Assembly: GCA_024626585.2 (NCBI GenBank)
Contig: JANKJI020000004.1
Location: 39,859,150 to 39,883,352 of the forward strand
Length of the DNA stretch: 24,203 nucleotides
Direction of reading: 5' to 3'
Origin: Ginkgo biloba
Lineage: Eukaryota; Plantae; Ginkgophyta
A program made the translations under genes and the position numbers. The notes beneath the pieces are model-generated. The model saw only the letters and a program-made list of their open reading frames with translations, ran no database searches and was not told the DNA's origin. Positions 21,470 to 24,203 of the stretch are shown here, in pieces (the stretch's first letter is position 1; every line of letters starts with the position of its first letter).

Positions 21470-23568
21470 CTATAGGGATTGGCATGGGCGTGGGGTCTTT
21501 CGTAGAGGCTTTTTGCTATGAATCTTCTCACACAAATCCATAACTTGGACATAATCGAATGCAAAAACTCTCTTGTTAACAATCCACTTCGAGGGTGGAA
21601 NNNNNNNNNNNNNNNNNNNNNNNNNNNNNNNNNNNNNNNNNNNNNNNNNNNNNNNNNNNNNNNNNNNNNNNNNNNNNNNNNNNNNNNNNNNNNNNNNNNN
21701 TTTGGTAAACATATTGCCGACCACAGTCCTTAAATGTCCTCATTCAATCAAAATTTTCAAAATCTGACTTGATAGGCTGCCCCTTGAAAATTTTTTCTTC
21801 TTTTTCTTTAATAGAATAGTTGCCTTTAGTGGAAGTGGGATATCATGCTCTCTTGACAATCGAATCAACATTGTGTTGGCTCATTTCACTGCAACTTAGT
21901 GCTTCTCTAATGCATTTAAATCCTCGATTAATCCTTGGGATTTTTTATGTCTTTCTTTAGCCTCCTTTTGCGCTTGAATAGTTGCACTAATTGCCTTTGC
22001 TCATTACAATTTTTCATTGAACAATTCATTCCTTTTCCTATCACATTTCAGAATCCATGTGCCCAATTTTGATATAACGTGCTCAAATGTTGGTGGGATC
22101 TCCTTTTCGAAGCTTAGCATAATCATTTTGTAGGTGTCGAATTTTAGAGTCAAATATGCCAACTATATGTTCACAAAGTCTTCAATAAATTTTATCTTCT
22201 TTTCAACCATCTGTGAATGGATCCTTGTGTCCAATGTTTCTTGACTCATATCTCAAGCTAGGTCCTTTATCTTTCTCGCGAGGTCCCTTACCAATATCTA
22301 AATGACATTGGGTAGTAAAGTGGGTCTCCATGCCTTATGATTATGTAGCTCACATTCATTCTTGTGCAGTTCTTCTTTGAACACTTTGATACGATCATTC
22401 CAGTATAAGTTAGTGTGCCTGTCTGGAATGGAATCTGCTTAGCTTGGCCATGGAATAATTTCTTTTGGCGAGTCAATTTGATAACTAGTGGTGGTCCCAA
22501 ATGAAACCTAGACACCTCGCTCATAAGTTGTGGGTGTGGGTCAAGTGACCATTTCTGGAGGCAGTTCTTTTTGAATGGATGTAGTCGGCACCTCCTCTTT
22601 TACAGCTGCTTTCACTTTCTTTTTCTTCGTTCCTCCTCTTCTATTGATGGGGTTGACCTCTAGCTAGTAACTAGGCCCCTATTTTTGTTGCTTTTCTCCT
22701 CCACAACTTCTTTTTCTCCAATCTCTACCATTGTAACAATTTTCTTCTCATATTCTACCAACAAACACTGCAATATCTTTCAAACTTCTTCCATCATATA
22801 GACGACATTCCCCCATCGGATAACTCATTTAGAGTAATAGCTAGACCATCCAACTAGTTGCAGGTACTCAAGGATAGTAAACTCCACACTCAGACATTAG
22901 GCAAATGGCAAACAGATAAAAAATGTGTTGAAAAAAAATGAGGATGTCCCAAGAGCTTCTTTAATTCTTTTAAGCAGGTCCAACATGCAAAAACGAATGA
23001 AGGCATACTAATTGTAATGAGTACCTTGCTTTATTTGTCGTTGTCATCTAAAGCCAAGTCAGAATGTGTGTATACTTCTAATGCCTAACTAATCTTATTG
23101 CCATGAGTTGCATGATCCATTTTAACTCCAAGTCTCTTAGGCCATTAGATGCCTTACATGGTTGCATCTGATGAGTGCTAACAATATTCTCTAGAAATTA
23201 TTTACTAATCTTGTCATGCAGNNNNNNNNNNNNNNNNNNNNNNGGGAAATCTTGTGACTTCATGTATGGAAACTTCAGAAATTTGGAGGACATCAAGGCA
23301 TGTAGCAACCATGACAATTGTAGAGACTAAAGTTTGTCAAGTCGTAGAACAAAGACGACAATGACAAGTAGCTTGCCAAATAGACTTCCTCCAATGCCTT
23401 TCGTATGGGGTGGTTTGATGCAAAGGTTAGAAATCCAGTGTGATGTTGAGGAATATCATGCTCGTAGACCTCGGTGCTAAATGTTGGAGCCTTCTTTGCC
23501 ATTGTTCTACTTATTCCTCCTGATATGCTCATTGAATTGATGCTTCCCTTCATTATTGGTTGCTTCAT
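21470..23568 (-). pseudogene. Decayed ORF of unknown function, probably a retroelement accessory ORF
   Basis: A TATA-like (TA)n run lies about 60 bp upstream of the ATG at 23568, which opens a 91-codon frame. Further protein-like but interrupted stretches follow, including a K/E/L-rich helical segment at about 21780-22290. No domain is recognisable. Confidence 0.35.
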
Positions 23569-24203
23569 CTCTTGGTTGCTTGAACTAAGTCACAATGGAC
23601 GGTGAACTTGAATGGGGATGGTTGTCCTATATATATATGGCATAAGGTGGGTCATAAATAGGTGGCGTGGCATCCTCATCACAACTCAACATGCCCCCAT
23701 TCTTGTTCATTATAGTGATATGAAACATATCATCTTTATTGATTTTCCTTTTATTGTAATAATTACCTAATGACTTTAAATGATATGATTGGGTTTTGCT
23801 AATGGTTGCCGCCTCATGTGGTCGTGTCTATTAGTCTTGCCATTCTTTGTTTAATTGGTTCATTTTTGTTGTTGTCAATTATTATTGCCAACGTCATTTG
23901 ATTGTTTTGTTTGTACCATACTCGATTATTACATGCTAGGTTATTTCCACTAGTATTGTCTATTGCAATGAGGAAGTGCGGTTGTGCTCGACAACAAAGT
24001 TTTGTTCATGACCAACAACTAAAGAATTCATCTTTATTCTTATTTTTTTTAATCTTTTTATTTGGTAATTTTCTTAAATTATTATCAATGCATGCATGCA
24101 CGTGTGTGTATGTTAATTTCGAATGATAAATCATTATTGGTCATTAAGCAAGGGTATGGCTTAAGTCAATTATTGTTAACCACTTTAGGTAGTATTAGTC
24201 CAT

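Overview
AT-rich, CpG-poor eukaryotic (plant) genomic DNA from a gappy draft assembly (many N runs, several exactly 100 N). Very long, TE-filled introns suggest a large-genome seed plant such as a gymnosperm (inference). The only host gene is the 3' part of an M20D amidohydrolase of the IAA-amino acid hydrolase ILR1-like family, closest to the ILL6 type. It has three phase-0 exons on the + strand (12014-12328, 20267-20395, 20648-21031) encoding 275 C-terminal residues. The exons carrying the N-terminus and the MHACGHD motif are not visible. The rest of the window is layered, decayed transposon debris: a Ty3/gypsy RT fragment interrupted by a chromovirus 3' end (chromodomain, PPT, 950-bp LTR), a solo LTR of the same family with a CTAAG target-site duplication, a second probable solo LTR, gag, protease and pol remnants, hAT-like ends, a MITE-like element, and a decayed ORF of unknown function downstream of the gene. 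I found no convincing novel biological system; the findings are modest leads.
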